Shown piece by piece: positions 40,024 through 54,069 of a stretch of DNA of 64,000 nucleotides (position 1 is the first letter of the stretch; each line of letters begins with the position of its first letter). The position numbers were made by a program, and so were the translations under genes. The stretch is from contig NC_083404.1 of NCBI RefSeq assembly GCF_020745735.1, positions 26,846,001 to 26,910,000 on the forward strand, read 5' to 3'. The stretch comes from Hemiscyllium ocellatum (taxonomy: Eukaryota). The notes below the pieces were generated by a model. That model ran no database searches. It was not told the DNA's origin and saw nothing but the letters and a program-made list of their open reading frames with translations.

Positions 40024-40566
40024 TAGTTATTCAACATGCTTACCAGTTCCACATAGTCATTACCAATTTCCCAACTTTCATGGTCTTTAATGTGCAGTCT
40101 TCAAATGCTCCTTACCACTCACTTCCTCTTATGTAACTTTAAAATTTCTATTATTGATTTTGATGTCCCTTGCAAGTTTACTTTTATAATCAATTTTAGA
40201 AGCTCTTATAACTGCTTAGTGGCCTTTAGCTGGTCTGTATGTCATTCCCAGCACAGGATCTGTGCTGTTTTAAGCTCTTAATTCTATGCTATCCCATGTT
40301 GCTGTAGTTGTGCATGGCTATTTTTTTCTGTGAAGTGAAGCTTTTTCTCTCAGGGACATGAACTAGCACTATATTGCATTAAATGTTTCTTTAAACATCC
40401 TCCACTGTTCAATTGTTTTACCCATTAACAGATTTTCCAAATTTACTGTGGATAGTATCTGTCTCATCTCATTAAAGTCAGCCTTATCTAAATCGGGAAT
40501 TCTTGCAGCTGATTCAACTCTGTGCTTTCAAATACTACACTGAACTCCATCATGTTATGATTGTTA

Positions 40567-40872
40567 TTTAGATTACCTACAGTGTGGAAACAGGCCCTTC
40601 AGCCCAACAAGTTCACTCCAACCCTCTGAAGACTAACCCACCCAGACCCATTCCCCTAACTAATGCACCTAACACTATGGGCAATTTATCATGGCTAATT
40701 CACCTGACCTGCACATCTTCAGATTGTGGGAGGAAACCGGAGCACCGGGAGGAAACTCATGCAGACACGGGGAGAATGTACAAACTCACAGACGGTCACC
40801 CGAGGCAGGAATTGAAGCCGGGTCCCTGGCACTGAGGCAGCAATGCTAACCACTGAGCCACCGTGCTGCCCC
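40567..40872 (-). mobile_element. HE1-type SINE
   Basis: Full tRNA-like head (gggcagcacggtggctcagtggttagc) through to the CR1-like tail. Confidence 0.9.
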
Positions 40873-40902
40873 TAATGGATGAAATAAGAACAGTGTTCAC
40901 TC

Positions 40903-40975
40903 TGTCCCTTGGCAGTCTCGAACCTAAAATTTTCAGTTAATAGCCAAGCACACTGACCAATTGTGCCACAGAAAT
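40903..40975 (-). pseudogene. tRNA-Asn pseudogene
   Basis: Minus strand atttctgtggcacaattggtcagtgtgcttggctattaactgaaaattttaggttcgagactgccaagggaca aligns end to end with vertebrate tRNA-Asn(GTT). Many differences are CpG decay, and the anticodon now reads ATT. Confidence 0.8.
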
Positions 40976-41769
40976 TTGACAATTGCTCATGCACAATTAG
41001 GTTAATTAATTAAATCAGGCTTGACACATAGTCAAATTCAATATTCCTATCCCCTTGTCCATCCTCCAGGACAATTTATGGTAGAAAACTATCCTGGAAC
41101 CTCCAGAAATTCACTCTTTCTAACAGATTGGGAGATGCAAGCTAGCAAAGTTATAATCCTCCTCAATATTACTCCACCTTTGTGCCACACTTGCTTAATT
41201 TCACAATTATACAATCTAGCATTTCACACATGCTACCAGAGGACTAGGCACAACACCTATTACAGTTTTAGAGCCTTTACTGTTCCTCAGTTCCACCTAT
41301 ACATTTCAACTGGATGTTTTCTCTTCACTATATTCTCCCTCACCTCTAACGTGGTTTTGTTCCTAATTAGTAAGGCTGCTCCAACCCTTGCACCATTTTC
41401 CCTAACATCCTTGGCAACGTGGTATATTTAGTTCCCAGTCCCACCCACCTTACAGCCATGTCTCATTAATTGTTTACTATGTCAAGGTCCAATTTGAATT
41501 TAAGCCCTCAGCTCATTTAAATTTATCCTATACCCTGCATGCATCTGTACACAGAACCTGTATTTGGGCCAGACATGTTAATCTGTCCTTCAGCACTAAT
41601 GCTTTATTCACCTGTTTAATCTCTCTTTCTTCTGGTTTAAATCATTACACTTCTACTTTTGCCATTACCTGCCTTGCCTAAAGTAGGATTCCTGACTGCT
41701 TCTTTACACACTGTCCTATTAATTGCTTTTGAAACTGTTGATTTTTGAGCCCTACCCCACTTTTTATTA

Positions 41770-42160
41770 GGTTAAAGTCATTTAAAGTCCTCCCAATGAT
41801 TTGGATCTGGGGATCAGGAATAATATTACCAAATTTGCAGATGATATATAGCTATGTCAAAATGTGTGGTGTGAATGAGCAGCAAAGCAGTTTCAGGAGA
41901 GTTTGGACAGGCTTAGGTGAATGGACAAAATTATGGCAGATAAAGAAATGTGGAAAAATGTAAGGCTATCCATTTTGGTAGGTGATGCAGATGTGCCAAA
42001 TATTTCTTAAATAATGAGTTTGGAAAGTGTAAATTTACAAAAAGATTAAGGTGACACTGTTGACAAATCAGAGGGCCAACATGCAGGTGTAGCAAACTAT
42101 TAGGAAGACTACTGGAATTTTAGCCTTTATTAGAAGGGGATATGAGTGGTGAAGTCTTAC
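41770..42160 (+). mobile_element. Decayed CR1 RT fragment
   Basis: aatgatttggat..ccaaatttgcagatgat (NDLD..KFADD). Confidence 0.7.
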
Positions 42161-42179
42161 AAAAAGACTAAGGTGTTTT

Positions 42180-42490
42180 ATTAGATTAGAATACTTAGTG
42201 TGGAAACAGGCCCTTCAGCCCAACAAGTCCACACCGACACGACAAAGCGCAACCCATCCAGACCCATTGCCCTACGTTTACCCCTTCACCTAACACTACA
42301 GGCAATTTAGCATAGCCAATTCACCTAACCTGCACATTTTTGGACTGTGGGAGGAAACCTGAGCACCCGGAGGAAACCCACGCAGATTCAGGAAGAATGT
42401 GCAAACTCCACACACAGTCGCCTGAGGCAGGAATTGAACTTGGATCTCTGGCGCTGTGATGCAGCAGTGCTAACCACTGTGCCGCCCACC
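42180..42490 (-). mobile_element. HE1-type SINE
   Basis: Same body and tail as 25862-26160. Confidence 0.9.
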
Positions 42491-42862
42491 GTTCTCACCG
42501 TTGCCAGGGGACCCCCCTCACTGCATGGTCTTCCTACATCCTGCTGCTGATGTCACTGAAGCTATTGCCTTGGAACTTGCCTTGGATGGGCCACTCGCAG
42601 TCTCTGATCACCAGGCATGCGCTGGGCCCCACTCTCACTGTCAGTCACCTCAAGCGCTGGGATGAGAAACTGAAACGGGCCACTAAGACAACATCATGGG
42701 CAGCAAAAGACTCCTGCACTGTGCCAGTAGGATGCCTCGCCAGGCTGAGAGGACAACTTGTCAAGTGCATGTTGAGGTCAGGAGAAGGAAGAAAGAGGAA
42801 AAAAAGAGAAACAGACGGAGCAGACAAGCTCTGCCTGAAGCATCCTATTCTGCTGCCATCTT
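42490..42862 (-). mobile_element. GC-rich segment, possibly the 5' UTR of a LINE
   Basis: Minus strand starts aagatggcagcag (YY1-like) followed by a pyrimidine tract. GC content is visibly above the flanks. Confidence 0.35.
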
Positions 42863-43282
42863 AAAAGATTTTGAGGTTTGATCATCTTTTCTCACCTTTA
42901 AGAATTAGACATCTGAAAAATTAGTAACATTATTATTAGTTATTATTTTTTACATTAGGATTAAACCTTAGCACAACGTCGTGGGCCAAAGGGCCTGTTC
43001 TGTGCTGTACTTTCCTATGTTCTATGTTCTATTAATGAACCACGCGGAAACCTGAAAATTCAGCATTTATCATATGAAGTCTATCTTTGTGGCTGGACAT
43101 TTCAAGGAAATTAATGCAGACAGTGAATTTGTCAGGAACCACTGCTCTGGTTTTTTTCTGTTCCATATGATGACAAGTCTAAAGATCAGTAGCTCCTCAC
43201 TACACAAATTGATCAAGTTGATAATGCTCCAAATCTGCAAGGGAAAATCCCATCAAGATCCAAGAAGAATCTGCTCTATTGT

Positions 43283-43605
43283 CAGCACAGTGGCTCAGTG
43301 GTTAGCACTGCTGCCTCAAAGCACCATCAACCCAGGTTCAATTCCAGCTGCAGATAATTGTCTGTGTGGAGTTTGCACATTCTCAGTGTCTGTATAGGTT
43401 TCCTCTGGGTAAGTTTCCACCAACAGTCTGAAGATGTACAAGTTAGGTGGACTGGCCAAGCTAAATTGCCCATAGTGTTCAGGGAAATGTACGTTAGGTG
43501 CATCAGTCAGGGGAATGGGTCTGGGGTGGATACTCTTCAGAGGGTTGGTGTGGACTTGTTGGGCCAAATGGCCTGTTTCCAAACTGCAGGGATTCTGTGA
43601 TTCTA
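43283..43605 (+). mobile_element. HE1-type SINE
   Basis: cagcacagtggctcagtggttagc..ggttcaattcc head and ggcctgtttcc tail. Confidence 0.9.
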
Positions 43606-43982
43606 TGCTGGTTAGATAGAACGACAAACCTGCATGGACTGAAGGCAGATCTTGCATTATTACAAAATGAACTTAATGAGAGAGTCTACAGTAAAACTTT
43701 CTGTTTCAGGAATACCTGTTTGTGAACAGGATCTCTCAGAAAATAAATGTGAAGCATCTATCTACATTGTTGTGTATTGACATTTGCAAATAATAGATAA
43801 CCCAGTACGGTCAGATGACAAGACGACCAAACATTTCTTTACATGTACCCTTACTGAAATGAGAATTTAAAAAATTGTCATTGCATAATGACAAACCAAT
43901 TGAGAAGCATCTCTAATACATTCCTACAACATATGAATCTGCAACAGGAATAAGTCAGTCATAAGATCATGGCTGACCGGAT

Positions 43983-45085
43983 TAGAACCAAGAAAATTAT
44001 AGCACAGGAACAGGCCCTTCGGCCCTCCAAGGCTGCGCCTCTATCTAAACTTATGGCCTATTTCCTAAGTATCTGTATCCTCTGCTCCCTGCCCATTCAT
44101 ATATCTGTCTAGATACATCTTAAATGATGCTATTGTGCCCGCCTCTACCACCTCCGCTGGCAACATATTCCAGGTACATCCCACCCTCTGCGTAAAGAAC
44201 TTTCCATACATATCTCCCTTAAACTATTCTCCTCTCACTTTGAACATGATCCCTAATAGTAGAGTCCACCACTCTGGGGAAAAAGCTTCTTGCTGTCCTC
44301 CCTGCCTATACTTCATGATTTTGTAGACCTCAGCCAGTTCCCCCTCAACCTCCGTCTTTCTAATGAAAATAAATAATCGGAATCGACTCAACCCTTCTTC
44401 ATAGCTAGCACCCTCTATACCAGGCAACATCGTGGTGAACCTCCTCTGCACCCTCTCCAAAGCATCAACAGCCTTTTGGTAATGTGACCACCAGAACTGT
44501 ACGCAGTATTCCAAATGTAGCTGAACCAAAGTCCTGTACAACTGTAGCATGGCCTGCCAACTCTTGTACTCAATACCCAGTCCGGCCGTATGCCTTCCTG
44601 ACTACTCTACTGACCTCCATTGCCACCTTCAGGGTACAATGGACCTGAACACCCAGATCTTTCCCCAGGGCTTTTCCATTTCCCATATAGTTCGCTCTTG
44701 AATTGGACCTTCGAAAATGCATCACCTTGCATTTGCCCAGATTAACCTCCATCAGCCATTTCTCTGCCCAACTCTCCAATCTATCTGTATTGTGCTGCAG
44801 TATTTGACAGTTCCATTCACTATTTCCACTCCATCAATCTTAATGTCATCTGCAAACTTGCTATTCAGACCAACTATACCTTCCTCCAGATTATTTATGT
44901 GCATCACAAACAACAGTGGTTCCACCATAGGTCCCTGTGGAACACCACTGGTCACAGTTCTCAATTTTGAGAAACTTCATTTCACTACTACGATCACCTA
45001 CTACCCAGCCAGTTCTCTATCCAGCCATACCCTGGACCCCATTCGACTTCACTTTCTCAATCAGTCTACCACGGGGAACCTTATT
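43983..45085 (-). mobile_element. CR1 LINE 3' part
   Basis: SGVPQGPMVEPLLFVMHINNLEE..SKFADDIK and LEYCVQFWWSHYQK. Confidence 0.9.
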
Positions 45086-45129
45086 ACTCTGCTACCTCTC
45101 ACACCTAGCTCATCAAGAATCTATCCATT

Positions 45130-47415
45130 TATAGAATCATAGAGATGTACAGCACGGAAACAGAACCTTCAGTCCAACTCATCCATGCCGGCCAGATATC
45201 TTAATCTAGTCCCATTTGCCACCACTTGGCCCACACCAGTCTAAACCCTTCCTATTCATATACCATCCAGATGCCTTTTTAAAATGTTGTAAATTCACCA
45301 GCCTCTACCACTTCCTCTGGCAGCTCATTCCATACATGCACCACCCTCTGCATGACAACATTGCCCCTTAGGTCCCTTTTAAATCTTTCCCCACCCACTT
45401 TAAACTGCCTGGTTCTGAACTCCCCCACTACAGGGAAAGGACTGTGTCTATGTATCCTATGCCTGCCCCTCATGACTTTATAAACCTCTATAAGGTCATC
45501 TCTAAGCCTCAGATGTTCCAATGAAAACAGCCCCAGCCTATTCAATCTCCCCCTATAACTCAAACCCTCAAACCACGGAAACAGCCTTGTAAATCTTTTC
45601 TGAACCCTTTAAAGCTACACAACATCTTTCCGGTAGCAGAGAAACCAGAATTGCACACAATATTCCAAAAGTAGCTCAACCAATGTCCCGTATAGCTGCA
45701 ACATGACTCCTATACTCAGTGCACTGACCAATAAAGGCAAATATACCAATGCCTTCTTCACTATCCTACCTACCAGAGACTCCACTTTCAAGGAACTATG
45801 AACCTGTACTCCAAGGTCTCTTTGTTCAGCAACACTCCCTAGGATCTTACCATTAAGTCCTGCCCTGATTTGCCTTTCCAAAATGCAGCACCTCACATTT
45901 ACCTAAATTAAACTCTACCTGCCATTCCTCAGCCCATTTGCCCATCTGATCAAGATCCCGTTGTACTCTAAGGTAACCGTCTTTGCTGTTCACTACACTC
46001 CAATTCTGGTGTCATCTGCAAACTTACTGAGTATACCTCCCATGTTCACATCCAAATCACTTATAAAATATTGAAAAGCAGCGGACGCAGCACTGATCTT
46101 TGTGGCACAACACTGGTCACAGGCCACCAGTCTGAAAGGTTATCTTCCACCACCTTCAAGCCAATTCTGTGGTCTCCCTAAAATCCATCCAATCCCAGCT
46201 TGCTGACCAGTCTACCATGAGGAATCTTGATGAACACCTTACTGAAGTCCACGTAGATCATGTCCACCGGTCTGTCCTCATCAATCCTCTTCATTACTTG
46301 TTCAAAAAACTCAATCCAGTTCATGAACAAGATTTCCCACACACAAAGCTATGCTGACTATCCCTGATCAGTCCTTGCCTTTCCAAATACATGTAAATCC
46401 TGTCCTTGAGGATTCCCTCCAACAACTTGCCCATTACTAATGTCAGGCTCACCGGTCTATAGTTCCCTAGCTTTTCCTTACCACCTTTCTACAATAGCCA
46501 CACTATGTTTGCTAAACTCCAATATTCCGTCATCTCACATGTGACTACTGATAATACAAATATTTCAGCAAGATACCCAGCAATCACTTCCTAGTTTCCC
46601 ACGTTGTTTTAGGGTATACCAAATCAGGTCCTGGGATTTTTGCATTTATACCCATCTTTATGCATTTTAAGCCATCCAGCACCTCCTCCTCTGAGATATG
46701 GACATTTTTCAAGATGTCATCATGTATTTACCCACATTCTATAGCTTTCATGTGCTTCACCACAGTCGACACTGATGCAAAATCCTCATTTAGTATCTCC
46801 ATCGCCTGAAGTTCCACATATAGCTGATCTTCGAGGGGTCCTATTCTCTCCCAAATTGACTCCCTTTTGTCCTTAATGTATTTAGAAAATCCCTTTGGAT
46901 TCTCCATAACCCTATTTGCCTAAGCTATCATGTCCCCTTTTTGCCCTCCTGCCTTTAAACTCTAAGCATTCACTTGATCTCTGCTGCCTATACCTAGCAT
47001 TTGCTTCCATCTTTCTCTTGACCAAAACCACAATTTATCTAGTAGTATTCCCTACACCTACCAGTCTTGCCTTTCACTCTAACACAGTGTGTCTTTGGAC
47101 TCTTATCTCATTTTTAGAGCTTCCAATTTTTCAGCCAGCCATTTACTTGCTAACATCCGCCCACAATCAACTTATCAAAGTTCTTGCCTAATACCATCAA
47201 AATTGGCCTTCCTCCAATTTAGAACTTCAACTTTTAGATCCAGTCTATCCTTTTCCATCTCTATTTTAAAACTAATAGAATTATGGTTGCTGGCTCCAAA
47301 GTGCTCCCCCACTGACAGGTCAGTCACCTGCCGTGCCTCATTTCCCAAGATTAGGTTAAGTTTTGCACATTCTCCAATAAGTACCTCCACACACAGAATC
47401 AGAAAACTTTCTTGA
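45130..47415 (-). mobile_element. CR1/HER1-type LINE, 5'-truncated
   Basis: ORFs 45279-45563, 45615-45896 and 47175-47390 (SVGEHFGASNHNSISF, LNWRKANFDGIRQEL). Confidence 0.95.
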
Positions 47416-47729
47416 TTATCTCAAACATATTCAAAGACTTTGCTTCTATCACCTTTTAAAAGAACAGAAGTCCAAAAACTCCTAACTCTCAGATAACACA
47501 ATTCTCGAGTTCATTTTAAATGGGTAACCACTTATTTTTAAACAGTGACCATACCTGCACAAGAGGAACCATCCTTTTCACACTTGTTGAACTTCTTCTG
47601 GTGCATCTGCATTTGTCTTCTAATGAGAAGACCAATACTCTGTACACTACTGCAGATGCGTTCTCACCAAAGTTTTGTATGACTGAAGCACAATCTTTCT
47701 ACTTATGTATCATCTATAAACACGGATGA

Positions 47730-48860
47730 AGTACTGGTGGACTGGACTTGTGGCTTACGTTCTGCCATTGTTTAAGGCTGCAATGATAAGCCTAGAAACT
47801 ATAGACCTGAGAGTCGGACATCGATGGTGAGCAAGACGTTAAAGGTGATTCTGAATGAAAGGATTTACATGCGTTTGGAGAGGCAAGGATTGATTGGGAA
47901 CAGTCAACATTGAGTCACTATTTTCCTCGCACAAAACAAACTTGACTGTCTTATTTTAATGAAGTAACCAAAAATACTGATGAGGGCAGAGCAGTGCTTA
48001 TTGTTTACGTGGACTTCAATAAAGCCTTTGATATGGTACCACATGGTAGACTAGTTGGTAAAGTTAGATTCGGGTGAGCTTGCCAACTGGAGACAAAATT
48101 ATTTTGACGGTAGGAGACAGGGTGGTGGAGGGGGGTTGTTTTTCGGATTAGAGGCCTGGAACCCAGGTGCTGGGTCCACTTTTGTCTGTCATTTTTATAA
48201 TTGATTTGGATGAGAATATAGGAAGCATGGTTGCTAAGTTTGTGGATGACACCAAAATTGGTAGTATAGATAACCTTCTTCACTATTCTCTAAGGTTACA
48301 AAGATACCTTGAAGAATCGGGTCAATGGGCTGAGTTTAGGCAGATAGAGGCATTGCATTTTCGAAAAATAAACAAGAGCAGGACTTATACAGTTAATGGT
48401 AAGGCCTGAGTAATGTTGTGGAAGAGAAACCTAGGGGCTCAGGTACATAGTTCTTTGAAATTTGTGTCATAAGTAGACTGATGAGGCGGGTTAGGTGGGG
48501 GTGTGTGGATAGCAGTTAGGAAGATATAAAAATACATTGGAAAAGTTAGAACATTTTTCACTGGAACATAGGAGGTTGAAAGGTGACCTTAGTAAGGTTT
48601 ATAAAATGAGGGCATAGATAAGGTGAATGACAAGGGTCTTTTCCCTTGTGTAAGGGAGTTCAAAACTGGGGGTCACATTTTTAATGTAAGAGGAGAAAGA
48701 TTTAAAAAGAGCCATGGTGGCAGCCTTTTTATATAAAAAGTGGTTTGCGTTTGGAATGAACTACCAGAGGAAGTGGTGGATGCAGGTACAGTTAGAACGT
48801 TGAAAAGACTTTTGGGTGAGTTAGTGAATAGGAAAGATTTGAAAGGATATGGGCCAAGCA
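47730..48860 (+). mobile_element. Decayed CR1 RT and 3' region
   Basis: LGPLLSVIFIIDLDENIGSMVAKFVDDTKIG and VCVWNELPEEVVDAGT. Confidence 0.9.
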
Positions 48861-50419
48861 CTGAAGGGTCTGTTGTCATGCTGTTTGACTCTACAACTCC
48901 ATATCATTGTAAAGCACCAACCTTAATAGTGATTTGACTGTTTGATCTCAAGGGGTGCAAATTCAGCTAATAACATCAATAGCACCATGGACTTGCAGAG
49001 AACATAACTGGCCACTAGACATTGGACAGAAGTTAATTGCCAGAATCCTGCAGCAGCCAAAACAGCAAGTTCCCTGTGAACCATACAGATAAGTTAAGCT
49101 TCATTCCTTTTATGCAGACATCACAGCTTCAGCAAACAGAGGAGACCCTAGGTCATAATTTCAAATTATCAAACAGACAAATCAAACCTGACATTAAACA
49201 GTTTTGTATTTATTGTGCGGCTGAAAATGTCTGCAGTTTGCTTAAATTGCGTGCTAGCAAGCAAAACTTTAGGCTTATAACAAATTACTTTGAAAAATAT
49301 TCCAGATCACTAACTCTCACCCTCAGACTGGAAAAGCCATCAGGGGCAGTTCTACATGCATAACCGATCCAAACAGTGGCTTTCAGTGACTCTTGCCATC
49401 TCTCCATTAGGTGGGAGGAGAATGTTTTGGTATCGGTCATTCCTAACATTATTCTGTTATAATTCACTTCTTAATTACAGATTTCAGTTTACTTCTCAAA
49501 ACTTAAATTTATCCTTTTACTTCAAATGATTAAGTCCACAGACTGATTCACTGTAACTTACATGGTCTCTATGCACATGGAGGAAGTTCTCCCCTCTAGT
49601 GTTGCAGCACAAATACTTCCAAGTTTCCAGATACAGAGATAACCTCTGCAAACCAAATGTGTATGGTAATACAGAAATACTGTAACTTCATGATTCCTTC
49701 CTGACTCATCTGAAGATACGAATGCGTGTTGTGGTAATATGCAATTGATAGAACAAGCTTTCCAGTATTCTTCCTACAGTTTTATTTTAGTTTACATCAT
49801 AGTGACAATTCAGCCAAATCCCCGAAATCCTATTCTGTACAATCATATGAAAAAGCTAATTATTAAAATAGCTTGAAACACAATGTAACAAAGAAAGCTC
49901 TTGTATTGAAGTTATTGTTCAGTTATTATAATTCCACAAGTCATAGGCCACAGCAAGTTCGAGATGCCTTGCTTTAGTGTATTAAATGGCTCCACCCCCT
50001 GGAAAACATGTTTATTGTTAGGCAATTAACTATCACTGCTCAAAGTACTTCACAATACGAGTTGGTTGCACTTGACTGTTTTCTGGAGGATTAACTTATA
50101 TTAGAACATTTTAACTGTAGCATATGGAACCTTTTTTAAAACAAACTATCAATTTCACAAATATATTTTAATGCATCACATTTAGCAACTAAAACTCTGC
50201 TATATTGCTTCAAATTCATAATAGTGCATTTTGTTTTCAATGAATATATTCACATCGCAGGAGGGGAGAGGTTAAATACTTTTATTTCTCAAAATGCTGG
50301 AAAGAATGAAAAACCTGATGAAACACATTTTTCAAGCTGTCTAAAGCAGATCTTATTCATACATATCTCAATTGTTCGGCTCTTCTAAATCTCAATTCTA
50401 ATTCTATCAGAATTAATTA

Positions 50420-50570
50420 CAAAATAAAAACCGAAAGGACTGATGCTGTAAATCAGGAAAATAAGAAATTGCTGGTTCTAAAAGGAGGGTCATAACACAA
50501 AACATTAACTCTGATTTCTCTCCACAAACACTTTCAGACCTAAACTTTTCCAGCAATTTCTATTTTTACT
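50420..50570. mobile_element. Inverted-repeat PLE end (family C), decayed
   Basis: 11-bp TSD tcagaattaat at 50407-50417 and 50571-50581. agaaattgctgg / ccagcaatttct inversion. Hammerhead relic at 50475-50509. Confidence 0.65.
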
Positions 50571-50867
50571 TCAGAATTAATAACAATGTTCTCTTAAATC
50601 TAATTTTAATGTTGATCCTGCTCTCTGCAGCTGTAACATTACATTTTTCGTTCTATTACTCTAATGCACTTTGCATGGTATGATCTGCCTGTACTGCACA
50701 CAACACAAAACCTTTCACTGTACCTGGGTGAATGTGACAATAATAAATCAAATTGAACTGTTGAGATCAATTCAGTTGTAGAAGATATTTTCCCTTCCCA
50801 CAAGATTTACTTTTGTGGCCTCCAAACAAGATCTCAACGTTATCAATTATTCACAATTCAAATGCTG

Positions 50868-51230
50868 TCAGAGTTAAGCAGCATAGAAACAGACCCTCTG
50901 CTCCAACTCATCCATGCTGACTAGATTTCTCAATTGATCTAGTCTATTTGCCAGTATTTGGCCCATATCCCTTTAAACCGTTCCTACTCATGCAGGTGCA
51001 TCTTATATGCTCTAATTGCCCTCTCCTCCACCTTCAACTTAAAAAAAGTTGCCCCTTAGGTCATTTATAAATCTTTCCCTGCTCACCTTAAATCTACACC
51101 CTTCAGTTTGAGATTCCCCTACTCTGGGAAAACAGACCTTGGCTATTCACCTGATCCATGTCCCTCGTGATTGTATAAGGTCACCTCAACCTCCGATGCT
51201 CAAGAGGTAAAATATCCTATTTGCACCCAT
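50868..51230 (-). mobile_element. CR1 3' end
   Basis: cagcatagaaacagaccc..tccaactcatccatgc tail, as in other copies. Confidence 0.8.
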
Positions 51231-52829
51231 CAGGATCTCAAACTAACCTTTTGAAAACCTAAGGCACACGCCGTATCTAGTAACAGTACTTCAAACAAAC
51301 AATCAACAGATTCATTTGGAGATGTTACAAAAAGCCACATTGTTGTTTTTTTAAAACATTTAGAGAGGTCACATGACATTTAACAGAGCTCCACAGTACT
51401 GTAATTTAACTTTTACATTTAGAATACACAGATATTAAATGTAATTAAATAGTACCTGACAATGGGGATGACAGAAAATAACAAAGCAAAGACTAAGCTA
51501 TTATGGAATCCAGCTTGAAAGAACATTGCTCATGAAAACATGCCTCTTCCCCCCCACCCCGCCCTACACCAGCCCCAGAACAATCAGAACTTAATGCCAT
51601 GATTGATGAAAGCATACAAAAAGATAGCAATCTCCCTGATTGAAAGTCATATTCTATGCATAATCTAATAGCTAAAACGTAGAAAGTACAATATGCAAAT
51701 TCATCAAAATAAGCAGAAAAGCAGCAAACAATATTTAAATGAAGCTTAGCAAAATGGAATATAACAGTGGGCTGACATTCCATCAGTTGGCTGCAGTTCA
51801 TATCCAGAACGCAGACAATGGGAGAGGCGAGATTCTGCTCTTCTGATATTATTTTTCATGTGCTGTCAAGGAGTTCACTGCTTATAATCAAACTGAGTTA
51901 AATGTGGGCACAATGAAGAGAACAAAATCAAACTGGAAGGAATAACCTCAAGGTACCAAGACATCAAAATGGAAATAGAGGTTATTAGATTTTGATAATC
52001 GGCACTTATGACATAATGGAGAACTCATGGGCATGTCACCCTTACACTAAAAGAAGACAACGGACATACCTCTAAATGCACACAAGGCAGCCTCTCATAT
52101 GTCTCTGAAAGTAAAGTGTTTCTATGCTGGCATTTCGTTCTGTTATAAATAAGGTGTTTACAAAGCTCACCTGTGCAAGTCTCTCGTGAAATATTCAGCG
52201 TTGCTTTTTACTATCCTCCATTAATATTAGGGCAAATAATAATTATCTGCAGTAACATAATTCCACAAATCCAGCTTTTAAGCAAGTGCAAACTTTGTTG
52301 CTTTTTAACTATATCATGAACTTGTCTAACTAATGCTAGAAAGGAGGACCATTTACATTTGAGATGCAGTTTGTAAACTGAAATATCACATTTCAGGTCA
52401 TTTTGATGAGCATAAATGATTCATTAACAAATGACTGACAGTGATTTAATGGATGATTTACATGACAACTATGTAGCACATTCAAATGTAAATGCTGCTG
52501 TTCCTGAGAAGCCTTTAAAGAACAACAGTGAATAAAACATTTCTTTCTTGGAGGAGGAATCTGAATAGAACATCCCTGTTTCACATCCATTTGTCACCTG
52601 CCCTCTCACCAAGAATTCATGAGTGGCTTTTAATAGAAACTTCTGCCATCCAACAAATAAAATCTTTCAGCTTCCCTCTGTAAAATATTGGCAGAAAATA
52701 AAAATCCCAGTATGTCATTCCAATCAGCACATAACAAGAGGTATAACAGAAATTGAGACGTATGCCACGATGAAACATCAAAAAAATCTTATTTCCAAAT
52801 TGCCATGAATAAAGCCTCATTAGATGTGT

Positions 52830-53085
52830 GCAATAAGATCTCAAACAGCAATGAGATATATGACCTGATCATCTGATATAGGTTGAAGAACAAACAGCCA
52901 GGATACCAGGAGACTTGCCTTGTTTTTCTTAGAATAGTGGCACGAGATTTTTACCATTGGAGGGACAAATGGGGCAGGCAGGCCTTGGTTTAAAGTTTTA
53001 CACAAATGGTGATAGCTACAGCTGTGCAGCAATTCTTCAGCACTCAAAATTGTATTGGATGCTCAAATCCTAAGTGGTATCTCAA
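52830..53085 (-). mobile_element. Old Deu-domain-like SINE
   Basis: aaacagcaatgagata..tgacctgatcatctg..gccaggataccaggaga matches 9320-9420. Confidence 0.5.
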
Positions 53086-54029
53086 TTAGCAAAAGATTGC
53101 AAATCAGAATATCAGTTACTGCTTCACAGTTGGGAATTTCTTTCGATGTTGAATGCTAAATAAGCAACAGTTTTGTTGACCTTATTAGTTGAAAAAGTTT
53201 ATATCTCCACAAGCTAACAAATGATTACCACTGCACTCATTACTCAGCTGACCAGCTTTCCCTTTAACACCCAACTACACAGCAATTTTTAAGTGAATCA
53301 GTAGATGATAATTTTAGCATACTCAGCAGTGATAACTTACGATTGTAAATTAAGTAAATTTACCAAAGTCAACATGCTACAGCTTTGCTTGTTTTGAATT
53401 TTTGTCAGCTTCACTTGGGGAAAAACACCAGGTTACACACATTTTCCACAAATGCAGAAGAAAACGAATTAGCTGCTTCAATGCCAATTAATTCAAGAAC
53501 AGTTCAGTAACCAGACTAGTTTCCAGTATTCCGACAGGAAGTGAGAGAGATATTCAATTTACAGCAGTGATTTAAAGCACAAAGGTCAACAGAAAATTCT
53601 TGACCAGGCTATTATTTGCATCATGAGAACCAATATTTGTTTGCACACTTATTTCCTGGTCAACAGGCAAAGTTGCTGCTAAGGATTGGAAAGGTTTTTT
53701 GAATGCTGTTCCATTCTAAGGCATTAACTGTAAGATTAGAAATCCTCAGTTAGCACACAGTTGAAAACATCCCTAAATCTACCATTTGTCCAATTAAATG
53801 CTTTGGGTACCCCTTCTGATGCCACCACACCCCAATTATTTCACAGATCAAACAATCTTCATACTCTGGAGATTGCCCACTAATCCCAATTGATTATGAT
53901 TACAATAAGATATGTGCTATGGAACCCTCATGATTTAGTAAAAAATGAGGTCTGCAGATGCTGGAGATCACAGCTGCAAATGTGTTGCTGGTCAAAGCAC
54001 AGCAGGTTAGGCAGCATCTCAGGAATAGA

Positions 54030-54069
54030 GAATTCGACGTTTCGAGCATAAGCCCTTCATCAGGATTCC
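54030..54069 (-). ncRNA. Mirror-image hammerhead motif (family A)
   Basis: Exact reverse complement of the + core, with predicted cleavage at 54036. Helix I is weaker. Confidence 0.7.

Larger units (their letters stand above)
39770..41750 (-). mobile_element. Old CR1 LINE segment hosting a PLE relic, a SINE and a tRNA pseudogene
   Basis: MLKNYFASVFTVEKED and other decayed CR1 wording. Confidence 0.55.
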
